A DNA stretch of 64,000 nucleotides from an uncultured Planctomycetales bacterium. GTDB lineage: Bacteria; Omnitrophota; Gorgyraeia; Zapsychrales; Zapsychraceae. Positions 28,062 to 37,723 of the stretch are shown here, piece after piece. Below the pieces are notes generated by a model that saw only the letters and a program-made list of their open reading frames with translations, made no database searches and was not told the origin of the DNA. How positions within the stretch are numbered: the stretch's first letter is position 1; every line of letters starts with the position of its first letter. Location of the stretch: the NCBI GenBank assembly GCA_964535935.1, contig CAZHWM010000004.1:47569-111568 (forward strand). Direction: 5' to 3'. The position numbers and the translations under genes are program-made.

Positions 28062-29543
28062 ATGATAAAAAAAATTATAATATATATTATTATAATAGGA
28101 ATAGCTGCGCTATCATGGTGTTTCAGAGTTTTTGCAATGGAAGATTATTATTCAGATTTATACGGTTATGAAAAACCTCAGAAAACAATCTCAATGGATT
28201 TTAAAAATGCCTCTTTAAGTGATGTGCTTAAAATTTTTTCTCAACAATCAGGACTCAATTTTATCGCATCTGCTGATATTTCTAATAAAAAGATTAATCT
28301 CTATCTAGATCACGTACCAGTAGAGGAGGCACTCGAACGTATATTGTCTGCTAATAATTTAACCTATGAGATAAAAGAAGGAAGTAATATTTTTGTGGTT
28401 AAAAGACTACAGAAACCGGTTAAAGAACTAATGACAAGAGTATATAGATTAAAATATGCAACTGTATCTAATTCTAAATTGAATTTTACTTTAAGTAAAG
28501 ATCCAGAGTCTGGGGGTGGGACTCCTTCATTTAATAAGAGGAGAGCAGATGGTATTGTTGCCGCTGTAAGAGCACTTCTTACGCCAGATGGTCGTTTAGT
28601 AGAAGATAGTAGAACAAATAGCATTATAGTTACAGATGTGCCTAGTGTTTTCCCTGAAATAGAACAGACAATAGCTAGGCTGGATGTAAAGGTACCCCAG
28701 ATATTAATTGAAGTTGAGATGTTGGATGTTTCCAAAAATGATATTGATAAATTAGGAGTGGAATTTGGAGAAACTCCAGTTGCTTTCAGTGGAGGAGCTA
28801 GAGAGGATGTTTGGCCGTTTAATACTGATAATGCTAAGGATGATGGATATTCTATTGGAAGCGATAGGTATCAGACAAGTAAGATTGATTTTACTGGACT
28901 TAAATTTTGGCTTAGTTTTTTAAAAAGTTGTTCAGATACTAAGAGTTTAGCTCGCCCCAAAATTCTTACTTTGAATAATCAAACGGCTATTATTCAAATT
29001 AAAACAGACGAAGCGATAGGAGTGGCTTCTGTGACAACTACAGCAGGATCTCAGGGAATAACTACTGCAGAGGCGGAGCGAGTTGAGACAGGGGTGATTC
29101 TTAAAGTTACGCCTCAAGCTAACCTTGCTACCCGAGAGATAGTTATGGCTATAGAACCTAGAGTTATAGCAACAGGAGAAGACGTCACTTTTTCTACAGG
29201 AGCAGGGACAGCCTCTTTTAAGAATCCAGAAGAACGTAGTACACGTTCTATTCTACGAGTGAAAGATGGGGATACTGTAATTATTGGAGGGCTTGTTCGA
29301 AGTGAGGCTTCTAAAAAAAAGTTGAGAGTTCCTTTATTAGGGAGTATTCCTATATTAGGTATGGCATTTAGGAATAAGGATGATTCAGCTAAAGAGAGAG
29401 AATTAATGATATTTATTACTCCAACCATAATTGATGATACCCTGCCACAAAGGGTTGCCTCCGAAGAGTTTATTAGAGAAAGAAGTTTGCCTGCCCAAAA
29501 AGTAATGGCAATTAATAAAGAATTTTCACGTTTTTCAAAATAA
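28062..29543 (+). CDS. Secretin (PilQ/GspD family) with STN and N-domain
   Basis: ISMDFKNA, DSRTNSIIV, QILIEV, GVILKVTP, VPLLGSIPILG and ELMIFITP motifs. Confidence 0.93.
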   Translation: MIKKIIIYIIIIGIAALSWCFRVFAMEDYYSDLYGYEKPQKTISMDFKNASLSDVLKIFSQQSGLNFIASADISNKKINLYLDHVPVEEALERILSANNLTYEIKEGSNIFVVKRLQKPVKELMTRVYRLKYATVSNSKLNFTLSKDPESGGGTPSFNKRRADGIVAAVRALLTPDGRLVEDSRTNSIIVTDVPSVFPEIEQTIARLDVKVPQILIEVEMLDVSKNDIDKLGVEFGETPVAFSGGAREDVWPFNTDNAKDDGYSIGSDRYQTSKIDFTGLKFWLSFLKSCSDTKSLARPKILTLNNQTAIIQIKTDEAIGVASVTTTAGSQGITTAEAERVETGVILKVTPQANLATREIVMAIEPRVIATGEDVTFSTGAGTASFKNPEERSTRSILRVKDGDTVIIGGLVRSEASKKKLRVPLLGSIPILGMAFRNKDDSAKERELMIFITPTIIDDTLPQRVASEEFIRERSLPAQKVMAINKEFSRFSK

Positions 29544-29560
29544 GTAATAGAGGGGAATTT

Positions 29561-31309
29561 ATGGCCCGTCTTAGATTAGGTGAGATTTTAGTAAAACAAG
29601 GTCTCATTACAGAAGAACAATTACAGAAAGCTATTGAGACGCAGAAAGTAGAGAAGGGACGTATTGGTGAGATTTTAATAAAGTTAGGTATGATTGATGA
29701 GGAGGGTATGACCGCTGCATTGGGGGCGCAGTTAGGGATTCCTTATTATACCTCTAATAATCCGGATCTATTGAAGCCACAGGATGATCAAGAATTAGAA
29801 AAATTAGTGCCCGCGGACTTTGCCCATAAAAATTGTGTCTTGCCACTTTCAAAACATATGAATTCTTTGACTTGTGCGGTATATGATCCCTTGGATTTAC
29901 TTTTGTTAGATAATTTGCGTCGTATTACAGGTTGTACAATTAATTTGGTTATTGCTCCGCGTTCTGTTTTGCAGAAGGCTATTACGAATTTTTACTATAA
30001 GAGTTCCTCCGGAGAAGGCAAGAGTTCCATGCTTGATCAAGAGGTGGAGAAGTCGTATAGCCATGAGGGAGAGGATGGTCTTATAGCGACGGCAAATTAT
30101 AGCCCGGTGGAAGATACGTCTTCAGATCTTAGTTTGGATAGAATAATAGAAAAGGCAGAACAGGCACCAGTTATTAAATTGGTGGACTTGATTATTCGTC
30201 AGGCTATAGATGAGAGGGCTAGTGATATTCATATAGAACCGTTTGAGAAAAAGATAAGTTTACGTTATAGAATAGACGGTAGGTTATATAATATTCCTCC
30301 TCCTGCTCCACATTTCCATTTACCCATAGTATCAAGGATTAAGATTTTGGCCAAATTAGATATAGCAGAAAAACGGCTCCCACAGGATGGTGCTATAACA
30401 GCTAAGTTAGAGGATAGAACTGTAGATATACGTATATCTACTATTCCTACAGTATGGGGAGAAAAGGTTGTTATGCGTATTCTTGATAAAAGTGCTACAC
30501 CGCTTGAATTATCTTCTTTGGGTTTTGATGTAAAACAAGTGGACCTTATAAAAAAGGCTCTTAAAAGTTCATATGGTTTATTTTTTGTAACAGGACCTAC
30601 GGGTAGTGGTAAGTCTACAACTCTATATTCTTCTTTAAAAGAGACTTTTGACCCACATAAAAATATCATGACAGTTGAAGATCCTGTGGAATATAAGATG
30701 GATGGGATAAATCAGGTAGCAGTCCGTTCAGAAATAGGCTTAACATTTGCAACTGCATTACGTTCATTTTTACGTCAAGACCCTGATATTATAATGGTGG
30801 GGGAGGTTAGAGATCTTGAGACCGCTTCTATATGCGTAAGAGCAGCACTTACTGGACATTTTGTATTAAGCACCCTTCATACTAATGATGCTGCCTCTGC
30901 TATAACACGTTTGATAGATATAGGAATACCGCATTATTTATTAACACCTTCATTGACCATGGTTGTAGGCCAGCGGTTAGCAAGAAAACTTTGTCCTAAG
31001 TGTAAAGAACCTTACGAGCCATCGGCAGAGAATCAGAGTGATATAAAATTTAAAAGTGATTTAATATATAAGGCTAAAGGATGTGAGCAGTGTAATAATA
31101 CCGGCTATAAAGGCCGTATTGTTATAGCAGAGGTGTTGCCTGTGGATGATGAAATTCGTGCTCTTATTACAAAGGGTGCTAGTAGTAATGAGATAAATGA
31201 TGCAGCGCGAAGGAAAGGTATGACCACTATATTTGAGTCGGGAATAAGGCTTGTTGAACAAGGTATATCAAGTTATGATGAAATATGTAGGGTGAGTATA
31301 AGTAGTTAG
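29561..31309 (+). CDS. pilB: PilB/GspE assembly ATPase with N-terminal MshEN motif
   Basis: ASDIHIEP, GPTGSGKST, LRQDPD..MVGEVRD, GH.VLSTLH, CxxC...CxxC. Confidence 0.92.
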   Translation: MARLRLGEILVKQGLITEEQLQKAIETQKVEKGRIGEILIKLGMIDEEGMTAALGAQLGIPYYTSNNPDLLKPQDDQELEKLVPADFAHKNCVLPLSKHMNSLTCAVYDPLDLLLLDNLRRITGCTINLVIAPRSVLQKAITNFYYKSSSGEGKSSMLDQEVEKSYSHEGEDGLIATANYSPVEDTSSDLSLDRIIEKAEQAPVIKLVDLIIRQAIDERASDIHIEPFEKKISLRYRIDGRLYNIPPPAPHFHLPIVSRIKILAKLDIAEKRLPQDGAITAKLEDRTVDIRISTIPTVWGEKVVMRILDKSATPLELSSLGFDVKQVDLIKKALKSSYGLFFVTGPTGSGKSTTLYSSLKETFDPHKNIMTVEDPVEYKMDGINQVAVRSEIGLTFATALRSFLRQDPDIIMVGEVRDLETASICVRAALTGHFVLSTLHTNDAASAITRLIDIGIPHYLLTPSLTMVVGQRLARKLCPKCKEPYEPSAENQSDIKFKSDLIYKAKGCEQCNNTGYKGRIVIAEVLPVDDEIRALITKGASSNEINDAARRKGMTTIFESGIRLVEQGISSYDEICRVSISS

Positions 31310-31341
31310 TTTTTTATATTTGTCTTTAGGAGAATTGTCTT

Positions 31342-32571
31342 ATGCCTAAATTTGTTTATATAGTAAAGAATAAGGAAGGGAAGAGTTTTAAGAATGTAAT
31401 TGAGGTAGAAAATAAAAAGATTTTGATTTCTAGGTTACAGAAACAGGGCTATTTTATTGTAAGTATTAAAGAATTATCAGATAAAAGAATCTCACGTAAA
31501 AGAAGAAAGAGATCAACTAAAAGAAAATTTTCTCATAACGGGGTCAAATTAGATGATTTATTGACGTTTTCAAGACAACTGGCCACAATGTTAAATGCGG
31601 GGGTAACCTTGGTTAGGGCATTAGATGTTGTTTTATCACAGGCACAGAGTAAGAGGTTTTATGAGATCTTGACAAAGGTAAAAGAGGATGTAGAGCAAGG
31701 GAAACCTTTAAGTAGGGCATTAAGTCGTTATCCTGATGTATTTAGCCAATTCTGGTGTAGTCTTATAGAGGTAGGAGAGGCATCTGGAACATGTCCTAAT
31801 GTGTTGGAGAAATTAGCTTTTTACTTAGAGCAACAAGCGGCATTTAAATCTGCTATTATTTCAGGTATTTTGTATCCTGCTATTTTGTGCTTTGTAGCAG
31901 TTACAGTTATTGTAATATTCGCATTTTTTATAGCCCCAAAATTTCAACAGATATACAATAGTATGCATGCGAGTTTGCCTGTATTTACAAGGATTATTTT
32001 AAATGTATTTGATTTCTTGAAGGCCAAATTTTTATATATAATAGGTTTTCTATGGATTTTGGGTATAGCGTTCAAACAATACATTAAGACTTATAATGGA
32101 AGGCTTCAATTTGAAAACTTTATTTACTCATTACCGAAGATTGGAGAAATATATAAATTGATAGTCGTAGAACGTTTTTGTTCTCAGATGTCTATTTTAG
32201 TTGAATCAGGCGTTCCTATCTTGCAGGCATTGGATATTACTGAAAGATTGGTATCTAATCAAACATGTGCACTTATTGTAAATGATATAAAAGAAGGTGT
32301 TAAGGCAGGCGAACTTATTGTAGCTCCTATGGGACGAAGTGGGTTTTTCCCCCCGATGGTAATTCAGATGATAATGGTAGGAGAAGAAACAGGTGAACTC
32401 AGTCAGATGTTAAAACATGTCGCAGATTTTTATCAAAATAATGTCAAGACATTTATGGAAAGATTTTCGACCGTTATTGAGCCTATTATGATTATATTTA
32501 TGGGGCTTGTTATTGGTATGTTAGTGATGGCAATGTTTTTACCATTATTTAATATTACTCAGATGGCATAG
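31342..32571 (+). CDS. pilC: PilC/GspF platform protein
   Basis: FSRQLATML.AG, GE.SG, YP and GEETGEL motifs in two GspF repeats. Confidence 0.92.
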   Translation: MPKFVYIVKNKEGKSFKNVIEVENKKILISRLQKQGYFIVSIKELSDKRISRKRRKRSTKRKFSHNGVKLDDLLTFSRQLATMLNAGVTLVRALDVVLSQAQSKRFYEILTKVKEDVEQGKPLSRALSRYPDVFSQFWCSLIEVGEASGTCPNVLEKLAFYLEQQAAFKSAIISGILYPAILCFVAVTVIVIFAFFIAPKFQQIYNSMHASLPVFTRIILNVFDFLKAKFLYIIGFLWILGIAFKQYIKTYNGRLQFENFIYSLPKIGEIYKLIVVERFCSQMSILVESGVPILQALDITERLVSNQTCALIVNDIKEGVKAGELIVAPMGRSGFFPPMVIQMIMVGEETGELSQMLKHVADFYQNNVKTFMERFSTVIEPIMIIFMGLVIGMLVMAMFLPLFNITQMA

Positions 32572-32698
32572 AGAATAAATTTAATTTTATCTTTTGATTT
32601 TTCCCCATTTAGTATATACTATCTTCGACGTAATTATATACATATTTGCGGATTTTTTAGGTTAAGATAAAGAAAGGGAAAAATAAAAGAATTCTTTT

Positions 32699-32727
32699 TT
32701 GACACCAGCAGATAAATATCTTATACT
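32699..32727 (+). promoter_or_regulatory. Strong sigma70 promoter of the major pilin gene
   Basis: TTGACA - 17 bp - TATACT. Confidence 0.7.
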
Positions 32728-32825
32728 TTTAATAGCATTTAGTAGCAAAAGGAGAAAGTGGGGAAAAGAGAGTAATATATAAGGGATAATAAAAATCAAA
32801 TTTAATAAAGAAAGGAGAAGGTAAA

Positions 32826-33239
32826 ATGAATCTTAAGAGCAGAAAAGGCTTCACGTTATTGGAACTTATGATCGTACTAATTATTATTGGTGTATTAGCC
32901 AGTCTTGCTCTTCCACGTATGTTTGGTATGGTTGAAAAGTCCCGTGGTAACGAGGCTATGAGTTTTATTAGAGAGATAAGAAATTCTCTTGAAAGATGTT
33001 ATACAGAAAAGGCAGGGACATATGTTGATTGTGATAATTTTTCTAATTTAGATGTGGACCTTTCTGCACCCAATCAGCATTTTACATATACAATAACAGG
33101 TGTTAGTACCACAGGATATACAATTACGGCAACAAGAAATACTTTAGACGGTGGAGATGGTACAAGTACTATAACTGTTACTCAAGACTCCAGCGGTTAT
33201 ACGAGGACAGGGACAGGTCCATGGTCAAGCTGGCATTAA
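32826..33239 (+). CDS. Type IV pilin, probably the major subunit
   Basis: RKG|FTLLELMIVLIIIGVLA; has its own promoter, an SD AAGGAG and a downstream hairpin. Confidence 0.9.
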   Translation: MNLKSRKGFTLLELMIVLIIIGVLASLALPRMFGMVEKSRGNEAMSFIREIRNSLERCYTEKAGTYVDCDNFSNLDVDLSAPNQHFTYTITGVSTTGYTITATRNTLDGGDGTSTITVTQDSSGYTRTGTGPWSSWH

Positions 33240-33307
33240 TAAATATAATTTATATGATATGAATGTTGGACTGGTGGTGTAATTATTATGTAACAAAAAG
33301 ATAAGGT

Positions 33308-33361
33308 AACAGAAGGCATCGAAGCTCTGATATAGGGGTAAAGGGTTTCGATGTTTCTGTT
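33308..33361 (+). terminator. Hairpin after the major pilin gene
   Basis: AACAGAAGGCATCGAAGCTCT pairs with AGGGTTTCGATGTTTCTGTT (one bulge, some G-U pairs). Confidence 0.65.
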
Positions 33362-33374
33362 TATGATTGGTTTT

Positions 33375-33758
33375 ATGGATAAAGAAACAATTGGAGTAAC
33401 TTTGTTTGAATTACTCCTTGTAATTATAATTATAGGTGTAATCGCTGCCCTTGCGTTTCCTCGTTTCTTTTATGTTATAGAAAAGTCCCATGCCTCTGAG
33501 GGAGTGGAGGTCCTTAGGTCGTTGTTAGCAGCACAGAGGTTATATGCCTTTGACAATAATGGTAATTATGCGAGTTCTTTAAATTCTTTAGATGTGACTA
33601 TCCCTTCTTTATCTTATTTTAATCAGCCTAATGTATTTAACAATGCAGCTGCTGTAGCTACTATTCAACGTAATACAGGTGCATATACCTTATCTATTAA
33701 CAGTAATGGAGATATTTCATGTGACGTCCCCAGTATTTGTAGTAAGTTAGGTTTTTAG
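33375..33758 (+). CDS. Type IV minor pilin (PilE-like)
   Basis: G|VTLFELLLVIIIIGVIA; the ATG at 33351 lies inside the hairpin, so 33375 is preferred. Confidence 0.85.
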   Translation: MDKETIGVTLFELLLVIIIIGVIAALAFPRFFYVIEKSHASEGVEVLRSLLAAQRLYAFDNNGNYASSLNSLDVTIPSLSYFNQPNVFNNAAAVATIQRNTGAYTLSINSNGDISCDVPSICSKLGF

Positions 33759-33794
33759 TCTAGGTAAATATTATATTTAGTTCCTTAAGAAACT

Positions 33795-34148
33795 ATGTTA
33801 AAGGTACTTAAAGAAGATGGACAGTCTATGGTAGAGGTAATTGTAACTGCTATTATCTTTATTATAGCTACAGTAGGTATTATGTCTACCTTACCTGTGT
33901 TAGCCCCTAAGGGCAGGGAGGTTGATAAAAGAATAACGGCTGCATATATAGGAAAAAGTGTTATAGAGTCGTTAAGGAATAGTATAGATCCAACGACATG
34001 GGATGACTCTACTGGTCCTTTGGCCACAGGAGTGCTACATACTATTTTAAAAGGTAGTAATAATGAATATGTAGTAAATTATTATTTAGTAGATCTCCCT
34101 GGAACAAACGTTAGACAGATTTTTATGAATATTTATTATCCAGACTAG
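33795..34148 (+). CDS. PilV-like minor pilin
   Basis: G|QSMVEVIV class III signal. Confidence 0.75.
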   Translation: MLKVLKEDGQSMVEVIVTAIIFIIATVGIMSTLPVLAPKGREVDKRITAAYIGKSVIESLRNSIDPTTWDDSTGPLATGVLHTILKGSNNEYVVNYYLVDLPGTNVRQIFMNIYYPD

Positions 34149-34150
34149 TT

Positions 34151-34741
34151 ATGAGCAAATATATTGAGGGGCTGACTTTAACAGAATTATTGGTTTCTAC
34201 TATCCTTATAGGCATTGTAATGTTAGGGGTTGTTGGGTTTAGTTTGTCTATAAAACAATTTCAGGATTCTGCAAGTAGAACTACTACTTTGCGTATGCGA
34301 CTTGCTTCTGCGATGGATCTCCTTGTCGAGGATGCCAAATTAGCTGTAGGAGATACTATAAATCCAGGGATAGCTGTATATCAGAATTCGACTGATCAAT
34401 CTATTTGTTTTAGACATGATGTAAACGATCCGTCATCATATGCTGATGATATTTGGATATGTTATTATCATGGTACAACTTATTCGCTATACAGGTATGT
34501 AGGCACATCATCAGCTAATGTGCCTTGTTCATCAGCATCTACATGTTCGGTTGGAACTACTTCTATAGAACATGTTATTGATCTGGTGCATGAAGGCGAC
34601 GGAGAATTTTTTCAGTTTTTAAGTGACGGTAGTATTGAGTTTACTATTAAGACTTCTTATGAGCCCAGCAAATTATCACATCCTATAGATAATCCGGAAT
34701 ATAGTCTCACTACTAGAGTAATGCCGTTGGCTCATAGTTGA
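34151..34741 (+). CDS. PilW-like minor pilin
   Basis: G|LTLTELLVS class III signal. Confidence 0.78.
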   Translation: MSKYIEGLTLTELLVSTILIGIVMLGVVGFSLSIKQFQDSASRTTTLRMRLASAMDLLVEDAKLAVGDTINPGIAVYQNSTDQSICFRHDVNDPSSYADDIWICYYHGTTYSLYRYVGTSSANVPCSSASTCSVGTTSIEHVIDLVHEGDGEFFQFLSDGSIEFTIKTSYEPSKLSHPIDNPEYSLTTRVMPLAHS

Positions 34742-34762
34742 ACTTATTCTTCTATTATTTTT

Positions 34763-34835
34763 GGGTCGGTAGCTCAATTGGGAGAGCGCTTGGTTCGCAA
34801 TCAAGAGGTTGGGGGTTCGATTCCCCTCCGATCCA
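34763..34835 (+). tRNA. tRNA-Ala(CGC), CCA end not encoded
   Basis: Acceptor GGGTCGG/CCGATCC with G3:U70; D-arm AGCTCAATTGGGAGAGC; anticodon arm CTTGG-TTCGCAA-TCAAG; GGTTCGA T-loop. Confidence 0.95.
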
Positions 34836-34899
34836 TAAAATATATATAAGGATATAGATGTTTTAGATGTAATAAATAAAAGTTTGTTTTTTTTCGTAT

Positions 34900-34923
34900 A
34901 AAGAGGTATAATAGTACCTGTTT
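34900..34923. promoter_or_regulatory. Imperfect palindrome over a TATAAT box, possible Rrf2 operator
   Basis: AAAgAGGTA-taatag-TACCTgTTT just upstream of the Rrf2 gene. Confidence 0.45.
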
Positions 34924-34942
34924 ACTTAAAAAGAGATTTACT

Positions 34943-35374
34943 ATGAATAATTTACTTAGAATATCAGAAGCAACCTTATTGGCCCTTCATGGAATGGTCT
35001 ATCTTGTCCATCGCGCAGATAGAGATATTGTCTCTATAAAGGATATGGCCGTGGCATTAAATGTATCAGAGAATCATTTGTCTAAAGTATTTCAGCGTAT
35101 GAGTAAGGTGGGATTAGTTAGATCTGTTAGAGGACCTCATGGAGGGTTCCTACTTGCTATGCCTCCAACACGGATAAGACTATTTGATATATTTACTGCA
35201 ATAGAAGGAGAGTTTAAAATAGAAGAATGTCTTTTGCCAAAAAGAATATGCCGAAAGAATATGTGTATATTAGGTCAGCTTATAGGTAATATTAATAAAG
35301 AAGTCCTTCACTATTTAAAGGTAAAAAAACTATCCGATTTTAAGGGTATTTATAAAAGGGATAAGACATTATAA
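34943..35374 (+). CDS. Rrf2 family transcriptional regulator (three Cys, probable Fe-S sensor)
   Basis: HLSKVFQ, SVRGPHGGF, AIEG and C-x6-C-x4-C. Confidence 0.92.
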   Translation: MNNLLRISEATLLALHGMVYLVHRADRDIVSIKDMAVALNVSENHLSKVFQRMSKVGLVRSVRGPHGGFLLAMPPTRIRLFDIFTAIEGEFKIEECLLPKRICRKNMCILGQLIGNINKEVLHYLKVKKLSDFKGIYKRDKTL

Positions 35375-35451
35375 TGAAAAGAGGATAAACAGAAGATAAT
35401 AAAGATAATATAAATGGAAGTCACAATAGTTTAGGAACATTAGGAGAGATT

Positions 35452-36018
35452 ATGAAACAGGAAAATTTATATGATAAAAAATTAAAGGATATGCTTGTCA
35501 GTGAGATGCAGAGGATATTTGGTGAGGATATTCGGCGTATCAATCATGCTATGAATGTGTTGAGTTATGCGTTGAAAATATTAGCTAAGGAAGGAGGTAA
35601 TGGCAACGTGGTTGTGGCTTCTGCTATCCTTCATGATATAGGTATTCATGAGGCAGAGAGGAAATACGGGGACTGTAGTGGTGTATATCAGGAAATAGAA
35701 GGGCCGTTGATAGCAGGACCTATTCTTAAAAGAACAATGATGTTAGATGATGATATTAAGCATATACTTAAAATTATAGCAAATCATCATTCTGCCAGAG
35801 ATATTGATACTTTAGAGTTTCGTATTTTATGGGATGCAGACTGGCTTGTTAATTTTTATGATTTATTGCCTGCGTTTAAGGGGAATAAGGAGTTACTAGA
35901 AGAGAAAATAAACCACATTTTTAAGACAGTGACTGGTAGAACTATTGCCAAGACAGAGTTTATTATTAATAATAAATTAATTAAAAAAGGAGGAAATGAT
36001 GTTTTGTTTTCAATGTGA
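35452..36018 (+). CDS. HD-domain protein
   Basis: RINHA...LHDIG...HH...DAD. Confidence 0.88.
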   Translation: MKQENLYDKKLKDMLVSEMQRIFGEDIRRINHAMNVLSYALKILAKEGGNGNVVVASAILHDIGIHEAERKYGDCSGVYQEIEGPLIAGPILKRTMMLDDDIKHILKIIANHHSARDIDTLEFRILWDADWLVNFYDLLPAFKGNKELLEEKINHIFKTVTGRTIAKTEFIINNKLIKKGGNDVLFSM

Positions 36019-37606
36019 AGAGACTGCAAAAGGAAGTGGATGTACGATTAGGGGCGTATGTGGGAAAGAATCAGCTACAGCAGCCTTGCAGGATTTATTA
36101 GTAGAGGTATGTAAGGGCATCGCTCAATATGTAGTGCGTTCGGGTAGACGAGATACTGAAGTAGATAGGTTTATTTTTCGTGCTTTATTTTCTACTCTAA
36201 CAAATGTAAATTTTGATCCTGTTCGTTTTCAACAGTTTCTACAAGAGGCGATTCAGATGAGGGATCGGGTAAGAGATAATGGCCCTCTCCTTGAAGGAGC
36301 GGCCTCCATTGTTTTATCAGATTCCTTAGACGAATTAATAAAACAGGGAGAGCAGGTTGGTATAGAAAAACGTAAACAGGAATTAGGTGAGGATATAGCA
36401 GGTTTGTATGAGCTTATCATATATGGTCTTAAGGGTATTGCTGCATACGGATATCATGCGTCTATTTTGGGAAAGGAATCTGATGAGATATATACATTTG
36501 TACACGATACATTAGCATTTTTGACAAGACCGGAGTTTAGCATAGATGAATTATTTGAATTAGCTATGAAGACAGGTGAGATTAATTTAAAGGTTATGGA
36601 GATACTTGATGAAGGGAATACTGAGGTTTATGGCCATCCTGAACCTACACAGGTAAGGGTTACTCCTAAGAAAGGAAAGGCTATTTTGGTATCAGGTCAT
36701 GATCTTAAGGATTTGGAAGAATTGTTAAAACAGACAGAGGGTAAAGGCATAAATGTATATACACATGGAGAGATGTTGCCATGTAATGCCTACCCCGGAC
36801 TTAAGAAATATCCGCATTTGGTCGGTAACTATGGTGGTGCATGGTGGCAGCAGGTGAATGAGTTTGACCGGTTTCCTGGGCCTATCGTTATGACAACAAA
36901 TTGTCTGCAGCAGCCACGCGATTCGTATAAAGAGCGTATTTTTACTACAGGTGTAGTTGGTTGGCCAGGGGTAAAACACATTGAGGGGTATGATTTTTCT
37001 CCTGTAATTGAGGCGGCACTTGCGGCAGATGGTTTTACTGAGGATATGGAAGAAAAATATATAACTATAGGTTTTGCCAGAAATACTGTTTTGGGAGTAG
37101 CAGATAAGGTTGTTGAGGCAGTTAAATCAGGGGCAATGAGGCACTTTTTCTTAGTGGGGGGGTGTGATGGTCGTAAAAAAGGAAGAGAGTATTATACAGA
37201 ATTTGTTAGACTCATCCCTGATGATTGTGTTGTTCTTACATTAGGATGTGCTAAATACAGAATTAACAATCTTCAATTAGGAGAAATAGGAGGCATTCCA
37301 AGATTGTTGGATTGCGGACAGTGTAATGATGCTTATTCTGCTATACAGATCGCTATTGCTCTGGCAAAGGCATTTGATACTGACATAAATAGTCTTCCTC
37401 TTTCGTTAAATGTGGCATGGTATGAACAGAAGGCCGTGGCTATATTGCTTACTTTGTTATATCTTGGGATCAAGAATATTAAATTAGGACCATCTTTACC
37501 AGCATTTATATCACCATCAATATTAGATGTACTTGTTGAGAGGTTTAATATTTCGGGGATTACTACACCAGAAGAAGATTTAAAACAGATGTTAGGGAAG
37601 ATTTAG
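35996..37606 (+). CDS. hcp: Hybrid cluster protein (hydroxylamine/NO reductase)
   Basis: MFCFQCEET...C...GVCGK, SGHDL, YTHGEMLP, GQCND and WYEQKA motifs. Confidence 0.97.
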   Translation: MMFCFQCEETAKGSGCTIRGVCGKESATAALQDLLVEVCKGIAQYVVRSGRRDTEVDRFIFRALFSTLTNVNFDPVRFQQFLQEAIQMRDRVRDNGPLLEGAASIVLSDSLDELIKQGEQVGIEKRKQELGEDIAGLYELIIYGLKGIAAYGYHASILGKESDEIYTFVHDTLAFLTRPEFSIDELFELAMKTGEINLKVMEILDEGNTEVYGHPEPTQVRVTPKKGKAILVSGHDLKDLEELLKQTEGKGINVYTHGEMLPCNAYPGLKKYPHLVGNYGGAWWQQVNEFDRFPGPIVMTTNCLQQPRDSYKERIFTTGVVGWPGVKHIEGYDFSPVIEAALAADGFTEDMEEKYITIGFARNTVLGVADKVVEAVKSGAMRHFFLVGGCDGRKKGREYYTEFVRLIPDDCVVLTLGCAKYRINNLQLGEIGGIPRLLDCGQCNDAYSAIQIAIALAKAFDTDINSLPLSLNVAWYEQKAVAILLTLLYLGIKNIKLGPSLPAFISPSILDVLVERFNISGITTPEEDLKQMLGKI

Positions 37607-37638
37607 TCGTAATGGAAAGGTTATAATAACGCTCCGTT

Positions 37639-37672
37639 TAAAAGGTGCGCCATTAAAATGGCGCACCTTTTA
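37639..37672. terminator. Bidirectional intrinsic terminator between converging operons
   Basis: TAAAAGGTGCGCCATT-AA-AATGGCGCACCTTTTA. Confidence 0.9.
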
Positions 37673-37723
37673 TTATGGCAGTATTTTAAAATAATATGAT
37701 TAAAATTTATAAGAATACTATTA

